Part shown: positions 9,695 through 22,326 of the stretch, piece after piece | Numbering within the stretch: position 1 is the stretch's first letter | Layout of the letters: each line of letters opens with the position of its first letter | Assembly: GCF_902713615.1 (NCBI RefSeq) | Contig: NC_052152.1 | Span: 110,286,401 to 110,350,400 of the forward strand | Reading direction: 5' to 3' | DNA length: 64,000 nucleotides | Origin: Scyliorhinus canicula | Lineage: Eukaryota | Notes under the pieces: model-generated | Databases searched by the model: none | What the model saw: only the letters and a program-made list of their open reading frames with translations | What the model was told of the DNA's origin: nothing | Translations under genes and position numbers: made by a program

Positions 9695-12430
9695 CGGGAG
9701 TGTGAGAGAGAGGGAGGTGAGAGTGAGATGAGAGGAGACAGAGAGTAAGATCAGAGAGGAGACAGAGAGAGAGAAATTCAGAGGAGGGAGACGAGGGAGA
9801 GAGATGAGAGTGAACGAGCTGACAGTGAGAGAGATGGGAGTGTGAGATGAGAGTGAGGGAGAGATGAGAGTGTGAGATGAGTGAGAGATGAATGTGAAAG
9901 AGACGAGTGTGAGGGAGATGAGAGAGATGTGTGAAAGGAGAGAGTGAGTTGAGTGAGAGGGAGATGTGTGAGAGATGAGTGCGAGAGATGAGAATGTGCA
10001 AGAGAGATGAGCGTATGAGAGGGAAATGAGTGAGAGATGAGAGTGGTAGAAAGATGAGAGGGAGATGAGTGAGAGAATTGAGTCTGAGAGATGAGTGTGA
10101 GAGATGTGTGAGATGAGAGAGATGTGTGTGAGAGAGATAAGAGATGAGAGGGAGATGAGCGATGAGAGTGAGTGAGATGCATGTGAGAGAGAGATGAGAA
10201 TGTGAGAGAGGTAGATGAGTATGTGAGATGAGAGTGAGAGAAATGAGGGAGATTAGTGAATGTGAGCGATGAGTGAGTGTGAATGTTAGTGTGAGAGATG
10301 AGAGAGGGGGATGAGAGTGAGAGGTGAGGGAGATGAGAGTGAGGGGGATGAGAGTGAGAGATGAGTGTGAGCGCGATGACTAAGTATGAGAGATGAGTTG
10401 AGAGAGAGATGCGTGTGAGAGGTGAGCGAGTATGAGATGAGTGAGTGAGAGATGAGTGAATGTGAGAGATGAGTGAATGTGAGAGATGAGAGTGTGAAAG
10501 AGATGAGTGTGAGAGGAGAGGGAGATGAGAGAGATGAGTGAATGTGTGATGAGTGAGTGCGAGAGATAAGTGAGTGAGAGATGAGGGAATGAGTGTATGA
10601 GAGATGTGTTGGAGAGATGAGAGAGGTGAGAGGCAGATGAGCGAGAGGGAGATGAGTGTGTGAGAGTTGAGAGTGTGAGAGATGAGTTGAGAGAGTGAAG
10701 GAGATGAGTGTGAGGGAGAAAAGAAAATTACTGCGGATGCTGGAATCTGAAACGAAAGGGACAATGCTGGAAAATCTCAGCAGGTCTGGCAGCATCTGTA
10801 GGGAGAGAAAAGAGCTAACATTTTGAGTCTGATGACTCTTTGTCAAAGCTTTGACAAAGAGTCATCGGACTCGAAACGTTAGCTCTTTTCTCTCCCTACA
10901 GATGCTGCCAGACCTGCTGAGATTTTCCAGCATTGTCCCTTTCGTGTGAGGGAGAGATGAGTGAGTATTAGAGAGATGAGTGAGTGTGAAAGATGAGTGA
11001 ATGAGTGTGAGAGATAAGTGAATGTGAGAGTGCGAGTGATGAGAATGCAAGAGAGATGAGAGGTAAATGAGTGAGAAAGATGTGAGGGAGATGATTGTGA
11101 GAGATGAGTATGAGTGTGAGGGATGAGTGTGAGGGATGAGTGAGTGAGAGATGAGTGAGTGTGAGATGAGAGATGTGTGAGAGATAAGAGAGGTGAGAGA
11201 TGAGAGGGAGAGGAGAGTGAGAGATGCATGTGAGAGAGAGATGAGTGAGATGAGTATGAGAAGTGTGAGAGACCAGAATGTGAGAGAGGCAGATGAGTGT
11301 GAGATGTATGAGATGAGAGGGATGAGAGTGAGAGTTTAGATGAGAGAGATGAATGAGAGATGAGGGAGATGAGTGAATGTGAGAGATGAGTGAGTGTGAA
11401 TGTAAGTGAGAGATGAGTGAGTGAGATGAGAGAGAGATGAGTGTGAGAGTGTGAGGGAGAGATGAGAGTGAGAGGTGAGGGAGATGAGAGTGTGAGAGAT
11501 GAGTGTGAGCGCGATGACTAAGCATGAGAGATGAGTGTGAGAGATGAGTGTGAGAGGTGAGCGAGTATGAGATGAGTGAGAGAGATGAGTGAATGTGAGA
11601 GAGGAGAGGGAGATGAGTGTGAAAGATGAGTGAATGTGTGATGAGTGAGTGCGAGAGATAAGTGAGTGTGAGATGTGTGGGAGAGGTGAGAGATGAGTGT
11701 GAGGGAGATGAGTGTGAGAGAGTTGAGTGTGAGTTGAGAGTGAGAGATGAGTTGAGAGAGTGAAGGAGATGAGTGTGAGGGAGAGATGAGTGAGTATGAG
11801 AGAGGTGAGTGAGTGTGAGAGATAAGTGAATGAGAGATGAGAGTGTGAGAGAGGAGAGGGAGATGAGTGAGTGTGAGATAAGTAGTGAGAGAGGAGAGGG
11901 AGATAAGTGTGAGAGATGAGGGAATTTGTGAGGTGAAAGATGAGTGTGAGGGAGCTGAGAGAGAGAGTTGAGTGTGAGATGAGGTGAGAGAGTGAGGGAG
12001 ATGAGTGTGAGGGAGGTGAGTGAGTATGAGAGAGATGAGTGAGTGAGAGATGAATGAGTGAGAGATGAGTGAAAGAGATGAGTGTGAGGTGAGAGGAGAA
12101 AAAGTTGAGAGAGATGAGAGAGAGAGATAAGGGAGATGAGTGAGAGATAGAGATGCGAGTGGAAAGGAGAGTGAGAAACGGTGAGGAGAGTATGAGAGGG
12201 AGGGAGAGAGAGGAGAGTGAGGGTAGAGTGAGGGAGGGAGAAAGGAGAGTGGGAGAGAGAAGAGTGTGATGGAGAGGAGGAGGAGAGGGAGAGTGTGGGA
12301 GAGAGGAGAGCGAAATAGGGCGAGAGAGGAGAGCGGGAGAGGGCAAGAGAGGAGAGCAAAAGAGCGAGGAAGCAGAGGAGGAGAGGGCGTGAGAGGAGGG
12401 TGGGAGAGCGAGATGAGAGTGTGAGAGACC
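9695..12430. repeat. GA-rich degenerate satellite (GAGAT/GAGT/GAGA units) with a higher-order duplication
   Basis: Plus strand is almost C-free and purine-rich; diagnostic variants recur about 1.05-1.15 kb apart. Confidence 0.95.
10720..10945. mobile_element. Penelope-family terminal remnant forming a spacerless palindrome
   Basis: 97-bp arms 10752-10848 / 10849-10945; homologous to the Penelope end at 23690-23790; flanked by GTGTGAGGGAGA on both sides. Confidence 0.8.
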
Positions 12431-12554
12431 AAGGCTGACAGCAAACCCATTTCTTTCTCCCATTTTTGTACAAATTACACCAAGGCCAGTCTGTGTCACG
12501 GGGCAAGGACAAGTAGTTAAATCCTACTCTTGATCTTGGTCCTCCACCCTCAAT

Positions 12555-13730
12555 CACTACCATTTTGACATCTATCATTTTGAAGAGGTTGGTCATGAGA
12601 CACGTCAACTCCATTCTCCCAGAAAGCCTTTTCAACTGTAATTCACCTACCGCTAAAACGATATCTGCCTGGCCGTACACTCATCCTTGGAGCATCTCGA
12701 CAACAAGGACACCTACGTCAGACTCCTATTCATTGACTACAGCTCCGCCTTCCCAGCCAAGCTCATAATAAAACTCCCAAACCTAGGACTTGGCTTCTCC
12801 CTCTGTAACTGGATCATCAAATTCCTGCCCCTAGACCACAATCTGCAAAGATAAACAATGACACTTCCTGCACGATAGTCCTCAATACCGGGGCCCCGCA
12901 ATGCTGTGTACTTAGCCCCCTCCTATACTCCATACACACATATGACTGGCAAAATTCTCCCCCACAATGTCAACACTACTAAGGAGGTGGTCATTGACTT
13001 AAGGAAGCAAAGTATCATACACACCCCTGACTGCATCAGTGGTGCTGAGGTGGAGATGGTTGACAATTTCAAATTCTCGGTGTGCACATCACCAGCAATG
13101 TGTCCTGGTGCACCCACATTGAAGCTACGATCAAGAAAACAACAGCGCCAATACTTCCTCAGGAAACTAAGGAAATTCGACATGTCCACATTGACTCTCA
13201 TCAATTTTTACAAATGCACCATAGAAAGCTTCTTATCAGGCTGCATCACAGCCTGGTAGGCAACTTCTCTGCCCAAGACTGTAAGAAACTTCCGAGGGTC
13301 TGAACACAGCCCAGTCCATCACGCGAACTCACCTTCCATCCACTGACTCTGTCTACACCTCCCGCTGCCTTGGGAAAGCGGGCAGCATAATCAAAGACTC
13401 TTTCCACCTGGATTATTCTTTCTTCCAACCTCTTCCATCGGGCAGGAGGTACAAAAGCCTAAGAACACACGCTAACAGATTCTAAAACATTTTCTTCCCC
13501 GCTGTTAACAAACTCCAGAATGGCCCTCTTATGGATTGAACTGATCTCTCTCTACATATTCTCAACTGTGTAGCACTACACTCCATACGCTTCACCCGAT
13601 GTCTATATGTATTTACATTGTGTATTCATCGTCTGCCCTATGTTTTTCATGTATGGAACGATCTGCCTGGACTGTATGCAGAACAATACTTTTCACTGTA
13701 CCTGGGTACACATAATAAATCTAAATCTAA
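12555..13730 (+). mobile_element. Rex1/Babar-type LINE, 5'-truncated and degenerate
   Basis: Peptides [37 protein letters not shown] and YFLRKLRKF...NFYKCTIES; (TAAATC)n tail at about 13716-13730. Confidence 0.8.
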
Positions 13731-13949
13731 ACTCCTTGTTTGACTGCCAAACTTAAAATAGCAAAACCTACCAGTGAATTTGTATCAACCAATTACCTGT
13801 AATAAAGTACTATTTCTATCCATGTAAGTGGCTTGTTACAGAAAAATAACACTTTGCAGTGAGTGATAATATTTTTTTATTTTAAATAGGGAAACTATTC
13901 ACAGTTACAAATGCCCAGCATGGGGCATCGAATAGGAGTGTCAAGTACC

Positions 13950-14135
13950 ACAGATGCTGGAAATCTTAATCTGAAACAGAAAATGCTGGAAATACTTAGC
14001 AGGTCAGGCACCACCAACCTTCAGGTCCACCATCTACATGAGTTCTGATGAAGGGTCACTGACCTCAATACAGTTTCTCAACACAGATGCTGCCAAATAG
14101 ACATGCTGAACATTTCCAACACTTCCCAGTTCTAC
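13950..14135. mobile_element. Older inverted Penelope remnant
   Basis: AATGCTGGAAATACTTAGCAGGTCAGGCA ... CTGATGAAGGGTCACTGACCT ... ACAGATGCTGCC; same family as 10720. Confidence 0.6.
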
Positions 14136-14299
14136 TGGAGCAATAAAACACAAATAATCCCTTTCCCCATCCCTCCAAAAGCAATCAAACATCCTGTGAG
14201 CCTCTTATTCCCTTTCAGCAAGAAACACATCCACAACTGCCTGAGAACTGCTTGCTACATTAAATTTAATTTCAACAAGTAAAGTTAAGGTAAGAAGAG

Positions 14300-14560
14300 A
14301 GAATAATAAATAAAATAATAAAATAATAATAATAAATCTTTATTATTGTCACAAGTAGGCTGACATTAACACTGCAATGAGTTACTGTGAAAAGCCCTTA
14401 GTCGCCACATTCCGGAGCCTGTTCAGGTACACTGAGGGAGAATTCAGAATGTCCAATTCATCTAACAGCATGTCTTTTGGGACTTGTGGGGGGAAAGCGG
14501 AGCCCCCGGAGGAAGCCCACGGGGAGAATGTGCAGACTCCGCACAGACAGTGATCCAAGC
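14300..14560 (-). mobile_element. SINE (V-domain plus shared tail)
   Basis: Homologous to 54262-54565. Confidence 0.75.
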
Positions 14561-15477
14561 ATGCTGAAATAAATTGCCAAAACAATATTTAATAATAAAG
14601 AGTTTTGGCGTGTTTCGGGTCCTCACATGGGGTCTTCACTGTTTTGGGGGTATTTAGTGTTCCTCGGTCAGGTTGGGCCGGGTCACATGGTCATTTCCGG
14701 CGTTGATGGTCAGGTCGGACGTTCCTAAGATCACGCCTTGGAGTAGGCCTGGTCAGGCCTCCATGTCGATTCTCCTCTTCTCCATTTTCCGGGAAGTCGG
14801 GGGCGCTGGGCGGATCTTTTCTGGGTCGGGTCTAGTCAGGTGCCAATTGAATATGGCGCTTAGTTCAAGCTATTCTAATTCACACATGGGATTATTGTTT
14901 GCAATGCTTGAGGTTCAATTCTTTTGAAGGTTGCTGTCTGGGTTTTGCAGGTTCAAAGAGGTGGAACTGGTTGCATAGTATGAATGACCAACTTGTATTG
15001 ACTGACAAAGCTGTGGTTGTGAAGTATATTATACTAAAATGTGATCCTTCGACGGATCTTATAAATAGATGCATAGAGTGCGAAAGCCAAGAAATTTTCT
15101 CAACCTAGATGAAACAGTTAGATTCAATCATGGTTCCCAATTATGGATGCCTGAAGGATATGATGGCGATGGTTAAACAGAGGGAGAAGGGGTCCGGAAA
15201 CAGGAGAAGAACCTGAGCCCATGATTTATCTCTCTGGCTCTGATTTCCAGCATTTCCTGATTTTGAAACCAAGCTGGTTGGTTTGCGATTGGCAGATTTG
15301 TATGTTTTGTGACCATATCAGCTATTTGGTTTATGTTGGAGGGGCAGGTCGACAAGGAAATGCAGGATCACAAGAAAATAGGTTTTAACCCAAATAAAGA
15401 CTTCAGCTGCAAAACTTGGATTGCGATGAATGTAGGAATTTCAGATATATTGTATTATATGTATTTGAAAAATTAAT

Positions 15478-15654
15478 GAAATGAACATCGCTTATTGTCA
15501 CAAGTAGGCTTCAATGAAGTTACTGTGAAAAGCCCCTAGTCACCACATTCCGGCGCCTGTTCGGGGAGGGTGGTACGGGAATTGAACCGTGCTGCTGGCC
15601 TGCCTTGATCTGCTTTAAAAGCCCGCGATTTAGCCCAGTGTGCTAAACCAGCCG
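15478..15654 (-). mobile_element. Short tRNA-derived SINE
   Basis: Same family as 1-64 and 52690-52875. Confidence 0.8.
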
Positions 15655-15839
15655 TTGGTGTAAGGGTTAAAAGCCTGGATTGTGTGTATGTGCATCTGCT
15701 GCAGTATCTTTTTTTTAAAGTCCTGGTTTAAAAGACAGATACTCTGGCGACAAGAGATAATTAAAGCATTATAAAAGCTGGTTGAATGGAATTTGTTATA
15801 TGAAGAGGGTTCCCCGGGGAGTAGATTATTCGAGATATT

Positions 15840-16265
15840 GGGCGAAATTTTTTGTAAAACATGCCGTGCATTTTGTGGCGGCAGAGGCAGCCCGCCAGTG
15901 GGATTTTCTGGTTCCGCCGTCGTCAACAGGATTTCTTTAAAAAAAGAGTACCCAGTTCTTTTTTTTCCAATTAAGGGGCAATTTAGTGTAGCCAATTCAC
16001 CTATCCTGCACATCATTGTGGGTTGTGGGGGTGAGACCCACGCAGACACGGGAAGAATGTGCAAACTCCACATGGACAGTGACCTGGGGCGGGATTGAAC
16101 CAGGATCCTCGGCGCCGTAAGACAGCACTGTTAACCACTGTGCTGCCCCTGTCAATCGGATTTCCCGTTTAATGCACCCCATATCACTGGGAAACCAGAG
16201 GTGAGGGTGCACTGTAGGTAGGACTGGAGGATCCCGCCGGCACAAATAGCCGGTAAATTCCGACC
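15840..16265. mobile_element. Harbinger-type MITE containing a V-SINE (about 15956-16149, -)
   Basis: Ends GGGCGAAATTT / AAATTCCGACC; TSD ATT at 15837-15839 and 16266-16268. Confidence 0.7.
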
Positions 16266-18025
16266 ATTGTGTTTAGCTTTAGAAAGAAGGTGTAGCTGTG
16301 GGAGGAGTCAGGGGCGGAAGCAGTCAGGTGTTGAGTTTTGCAGTTCAGTGTTTGATCTGTATGAACAAACTAGCTGCTTCTCTCAAAGCTGTTCAGTTAA
16401 AAAGATTTTGCCTGTGAACAAAACAGTTTCTGAAAAGGCTGGCAGGTTAAACAGTAGTTGACACAGGCAAGAATCTGAAAGCTGGTTTCCTGAAGGATCT
16501 CTCAAAGCAGTTTATCGGAGACATCTCTTTACAGCAAGTATTCCTGGGTTCGTTAACTGTATTGAACAGTGGATTTTGACCTGCATGGGTTTTACTTGAG
16601 TGGAGATAAAAGATAGAAGTTAAGATGTAGTGTTTCATTGTCATTGTTCATTTTCATTGTTAAGCATTGTTTAACTGGTAATTATAAGCTGTTTTCTTTA
16701 TGATAAGTTTAATAGCACAGTGTGAGTAATAAAGTTTGTTTTAATATACCATATCCCTGTATGTGTGTGAAAGCAACCCTGGAGTGAAGCATCCTTTCCT
16801 CGCAGCCTTACTAAATTAAATTAAATGTTGGGGTTTCTGTCCGGTAGTCTATTAACTGTTGAGGTCTGGTCCGGGATCGTAATTTATTGTACCAAAAGCT
16901 TTAGGCTTCTCACCATTCAGGGGGAGGTATTATCATGGAAGTTTTTGTAATCGTCCAGAGATTAAAAATTATAACTGGCACAATGGTACTGAAAATCCAA
17001 TGGCTTTTATTTGCAAGACATACAGTATCCCCCACAATAGTCAGTCAAGGTTAACTGCAGTTCGATCAAATCTGATCTGACTGGGTCCAATCCTTCCCAG
17101 CGGGATTTCTCTCTGATCGTCTTATTCATGTCTTAACATCTTTTTATCCATAGGAATCTGCTGCAATCTGTCTGTGCCTCCTATATTAATTTCTGGGGTA
17201 TATGATCAGTCCTTGATTGGACCACACCAAATTGAATTTTATTCGAAAACATGAAGAGAAATTGTTTTTTCTCATGGCCTGCGTTCCTCTAGTACTCCAT
17301 CACTTCACTTTCACTTCCATCACTTCACTTTCACTTTCCATTTCAACTTGACTCACAGGTGGAGCCCAAGTTACAAATGTTACAGAAAAAACAGCTTTTC
17401 TTTTAAACCACAACATGTTCGAAGAATTGTTTTACGCCTTTCCATTGTAAACAGATCTTTAAGCATATTCTTATAGACTTCCAAAATCCTCCTTTCATTC
17501 AGCTAAAATAATCTCTCATAATAATCTCGCAAAATTCTTTTGCATCCTCAGGATATGGGCATTGCTGGCATGGCTGGCATTTTGATTGCCCATCCCTAGT
17601 GTGATATGCATGTGAACAGTAATATATATAGTTATATAGTTACGACCGCCGACCAGCAGATGGAGATAGAGATCCACCATGTGACTCCAGAGATCGGCAG
17701 TAGGTAGTAAGTCATTCTAGAGGTCAGTCACACTAGAAGTAGCTCTAGGATTTATCACTGAATTCACTTATTCGTTACCGTTGTATTATAGTTTGTTAAT
17801 TATCTTTCCATGTGTTCATTTTGTTAATAAACAATCTTGCCACTCAAAGAAGTAGATCTTTACCATGGCCACAACGCAAAAACAACATGGTAGTAAGAGT
17901 GTCGAACAATTGAAGATAACTAAGGAGAAGACGGGATGAAAGCAGACCGAAGAAAGAAAAAAAGAATTCTTCCACCTACCTGGTAAACTACGGGCAACTG
18001 GAACTCAAGGCATGGAAAGACTGCA

Positions 18026-21000
18026 ATGTTAGAGATGGAAGGTCTGAAGGCACCTCACCAGCTTCAAGTCATTGGTAATGTGGATGAGAATTGGTGTGTT
18101 TTTAAGCAGCAATTCAAACTCTATGTTGCAGCCTTTGGCCTGCAGGCACAGCTTGACGAGAGGCATGTTGCGTTGCTGCTCACGATAGCAGGTCCTCAAG
18201 CCATAGAAATTTATAATACCTTTGCGTTCGACGTTGAGACGGACAGCAAGAGTTTTGATGAAGTAATAAAGTACTTTGATCGGCATTGCTCCACGAAGAA
18301 AAATAAAACATTTGTCTGAAGGCACAGTCGTGCAATTTAAGAACTTTAAATTCGTTGATTATCCACGATCAGATAGTGTTCGGGATATCAAATGACAAGG
18401 TACGTGAGAGGAAAATGAGCTTCAACTAGAAAACGCAATCAAGCTAGCTGCACAGCAGATTAGCGCGCTCAATCTGAAACGTTTTGACACCAATGTGACA
18501 GAAGATGCCAGCGCCATAACCATAGTGACACAGTCAAAGAAGAAACGTAGCCTTAGTGCAGGTGGCCATTTTGTGCCAGCAATGCAGCAATCGACATGGG
18601 CCACGACAATGTCCAGAATTTGGGAAGGTGTATTATAAGTGGAAGAGCATATCACTTGCGAGGCAATGTTTTTAACATCCAACAGTGGACCCACCAGAAC
18701 CAGTTTTAATTTAATTAATGAGATATGCATCGCCGACCAGGCTATTTGATATGATTTCGATGAGGACACGAATTAGTCCGACAGGCGAAACAGCTAATTT
18801 TTCGTCACAATTTGCAGCCATAGTGATGCAGATGCGAATGCCATAGAAGATAGAGTGACGATTCCATTGATGGCTAATGGCACACTCATCAATGCAAGCC
18901 CGCCATGGGAGTGAGGGCCAACCTATCACTTTGTCAGCATTAAAAAGGCTTAAAATAAACCAAAAATGGTTCATCGATCAATAGCTATACTAGAAGGACT
19001 ATAATGGTCATGGGATCACAATGTTGGGAGCATGTGAACTCGCAGTAACTGTAAAAGACAGAATTTGTATGAATTACATATTCCCAGGTGGAGACAAGAG
19101 CGCACATTTCTCTTGAGTATTGGAAGCATGGAAGCACTTGGGCCCGTTAAACGGGTTTATAGTGCAGAAAGCATGGTACCCCCGCCAACATGCTTCCATA
19201 GAATCCATCATACAGGACTTTCCGGAGATATTTCAAAGCTTTGGCACTCTGACTTTTATGTACCGCATCCAATTGAAGGAGAATGCGAAACCAGACGTAC
19301 ACGCGCCAAAACATGTACCTGCACCATTGAAGGACAAATTAAAAGCCGAGTTAGACAGAATGATGGCTCTTGGAGTCATCAAACGCATAACTGGGTTAAC
19401 TCTATGGCGTGCGTCAAGAAGAGGAATAATGACTTACGAATATGCATGGACCCCAAAGGCCTCAACCTTAACATCAAGAGGGGAGTACCACCCGATTCAC
19501 AAGAGGGAGAAAATAACGTGAGATGGCTGGAGCGACATGTTTCAGCAAGTTGGACGTGTCACAAGACTTTTGGCAGCTCAAACTGGACAAAGCGAGCACA
19601 AAGCTGTGTATATTTAACACACCCTTGGACCGCTATTATTTCCTTCAGATGCCATTTGGCATAATTTCTGCTTCAGAAAATTTCCATGATCCTATGAAGC
19701 ACATAGTTAAAGGGTTACCAGGCGTCCAAGGTCTATGTGGATGACATAATAATTTGGGGGTCCACACGTTTCGAGCATGACAGAAAGCTTCTCAGATCTT
19801 AAAAAGTATATAGAGAATGGCCTAAAGCTTAACAAAGCAGTGTCAAATTGAGGTTGACAGCATCACCTTTGGGGATAGGCTCTCTGCTTAAGGCATGCAG
19901 TCGGATCATGAGAAGATAAAGGCTATTTTCACGATGGCACATCCCACAGATAAAAAAGGTATCCTACGGATGTTAGGAATGGTCAACTTTGTTGGCAAAT
20001 TCGTTCCCGACCTGGCATCTAAAACCTCTCACCTCCGAGATACGATCAAAAAGGATGCAGTATTCCAATGATTCCCCAGACACGAGCAGGAATGGCAAGC
20101 ATTGCAGATCTCCTTGACTACAGCGCCAGTTCTCGCATTTTTTGACCCTGCAAAAAGACCAAAATTTCAACCGATGTATCTAAGGATGGCCTGGGAGCGG
20201 TGTTATTGCAGCAGAATGCAGAAGACAGCTGGCTGCCTGTGGCATATGCATTCACAGCAATGTCAGAGACGGAGCGCAGGTATGTGGAAATTGAAAAAGA
20301 ATACCTTGGTTAATCAATGGTTTGGACAAGGTTCCATGATTGTGTATGGTCTTCTGACGTTTCTTGTGGAGACTGACCACTGGCCACTCATTTCAATTGT
20401 ACAGAAGAATTTGTTGAAATGTCCCAAGGATCCAGCACATGATGTTGAAGCTCCAACGCTACGGTTTTGACCTAATCTACACCAGGAAAGCATCTCATTG
20501 TCGCTGACGCGCTTTCTCGAGCCACGGGTATCAATGAGGTACACCTGGTTGATGAAGACGTGCAAGTCCATGTTAATCACGTCACTGCTTATCCTCCAGT
20601 CTCTGATGATAAGTTGTGTCTAATAAAGGAAGAAACAGCCAAGGACACAGTCCTACAAAAAGTAATAAAGTATCTCCAAGAGGGATTGCCTAAGTGTTCC
20701 TGCTCAGACTATTACAAGGTGAGGGTAGAGTTGAGTGAGGCAAATGGATTTCTACTGCAACAGCAAAGGATTGTAATTCCGCATTCCTTCAGGCCACACA
20801 TTCTCAAGAAGTTCCATGAAGGGCACCTGGGCATTGAAAAGTGCAAGCGCAGGGCCAAGGATAGAGTTTATTGGCCAGGCATCACCCAGGACATTGCAGT
20901 CATGGTTGATAACTGTGACACTTGGCAGAAGTTCTAGTGTAAGCAGAGAAAAGCACATGGGTGAAATCATCACAACTCCTTGCCAGAACGTGGGCATGGA

Positions 21001-21762
21001 TCTTTTTCACTTCAGTGGGAAAGAATACTTTTGGTCATCGTCTACTTCTCTAATTATCCGGAGGTGGCACAGCTTGCGAACTCGACTGCTCAGTATGTTA
21101 TCAAACATGCCAAAGAGATTTTTGCTCGGCATGGGATACCAAACATTGTTATGGCTGACAATGGTCCCTGCTTCAAAAACTATGAGTGGACTGAGGTTGC
21201 CTGTCATTATGACTTTAAGCACATTATTTCAAGTCCTTTATACCCGCACTCAAACCGGAAGGCAGAAAAGGGCGTGCACATTGCTAAACAGCTGCTGAAA
21301 AAAGCCGTTGACAACCAGGAAGACATGTATCTGGCACTTTTGAGCTGTTTTTCAGCACCGCTCATCAATGGGCAGTTGCTAGCGCAGCTGCAAATGAATA
21401 GGCAGCTACAAACGACACTGTCTTCCATTATTACTCACCCTGTGGATCAAGGACTGGGGCAGAAACTGCTTCTTCAGAAAAGGAGGCAGATAGGGTTCCA
21501 CGATAGATCCGCAAGGAAGCTTCAGCCAGTGCATCCAGGTGACACAATTAGACTAGATGTCAATGGAAACGGATGGTACAGGCATGCAAAGGTACTGCAA
21601 CAGGCAGGTCCACATTTGTATCTCATCATCAGTGAAGATGGCACAGTCTTGCGGAGAAACCAAAGAGTGCTGTTGAAAGTTCAACGTCCCTTCATTTTGA
21701 GTCCAAAAGAAGAGTTGGTATGTAATCCCAAAACACTTGAAGAGGATACAGACCACCAATAA
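18026..21762 (+). pseudogene. gag-pol of the Gypsy element, frameshifted
   Basis: gag NWCVFKQQFKLY; RT LRICMDPK, FSKLD, MPFGI and YVDD (about 19734); RNase H ETDHWPL; integrase HEGHLGIEKCK and MADNGPCF. Confidence 0.9.
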
Positions 21763-21954
21763 AAGCTAGCACTCAGAGAAATATCCACAGAATGAATAGA
21801 GAACAAGCAGGAACACCAACAATAAATGAAGGTGGAACACAATCATCTCTGCAGCCATTGCTCAGGTGATCAACCAGATTACTCCGTAAACCTGAGAGAC
21901 TGAATTTGTAGTGAACTGTGTACAGTTACATGTCTGAAATTGTTATGCGTAGCA

Positions 21955-22326
21955 TGTTTGGTGAAGCACAGTTACATTGGCAACCCATAACCTTATGTAA
22001 TCACGCGCGCGACATATGGATTTGATAAATGTAAACTTCTGTGTCACGAATTGATAGCCATCTATGGCATGAACTGAGATACTGAGAATAAGGATTTATA
22101 ACTAAAAATGGTATGAACAGCAAAACTAAGAATTGATTGGGTGTATGTAAATGAGAATGCAACTAATTTTGCTTTGAAAATGCATATTAAGCCAGTTTAA
22201 GCCACAGCTCAGAGAGAAAGTGTGATGGCAAGACTGCGGAGTCTAGACCTTTCTCCACGAGCTCTGTAAAGAATAAATTGCTTCTTTTGCTCACGTTGTC
22301 TATTTGTGAATATTTTTCACCCAACA
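21955..22326 (+). mobile_element. Unrelated solo LTR at the polypurine-tract (PPT)/3' LTR junction of the Gypsy element
   Basis: Terminal inverted ends TGTTTGGTGAA / TTCACCCAACA; AATAAA at about 22272; no TSD. Confidence 0.6.

Larger units (their letters stand above)
15422..16884 (+). mobile_element. Solo LTR with nested SINE, MITE and SINE
   Basis: Ends GGTCTGGTCCGGGATCGTAA, related to the reverse complement of the LTR end at 36218; AATAAA at about 16728. No clean TSD found, so boundaries are approximate. Confidence 0.55.

Noticed and set aside
9435-12680. Long His/Ser/Leu/Thr-rich ORFs (up to 570 aa)
   Set aside because: They are open in several frames because the CT-rich satellite strand rarely forms stop codons; not genes.
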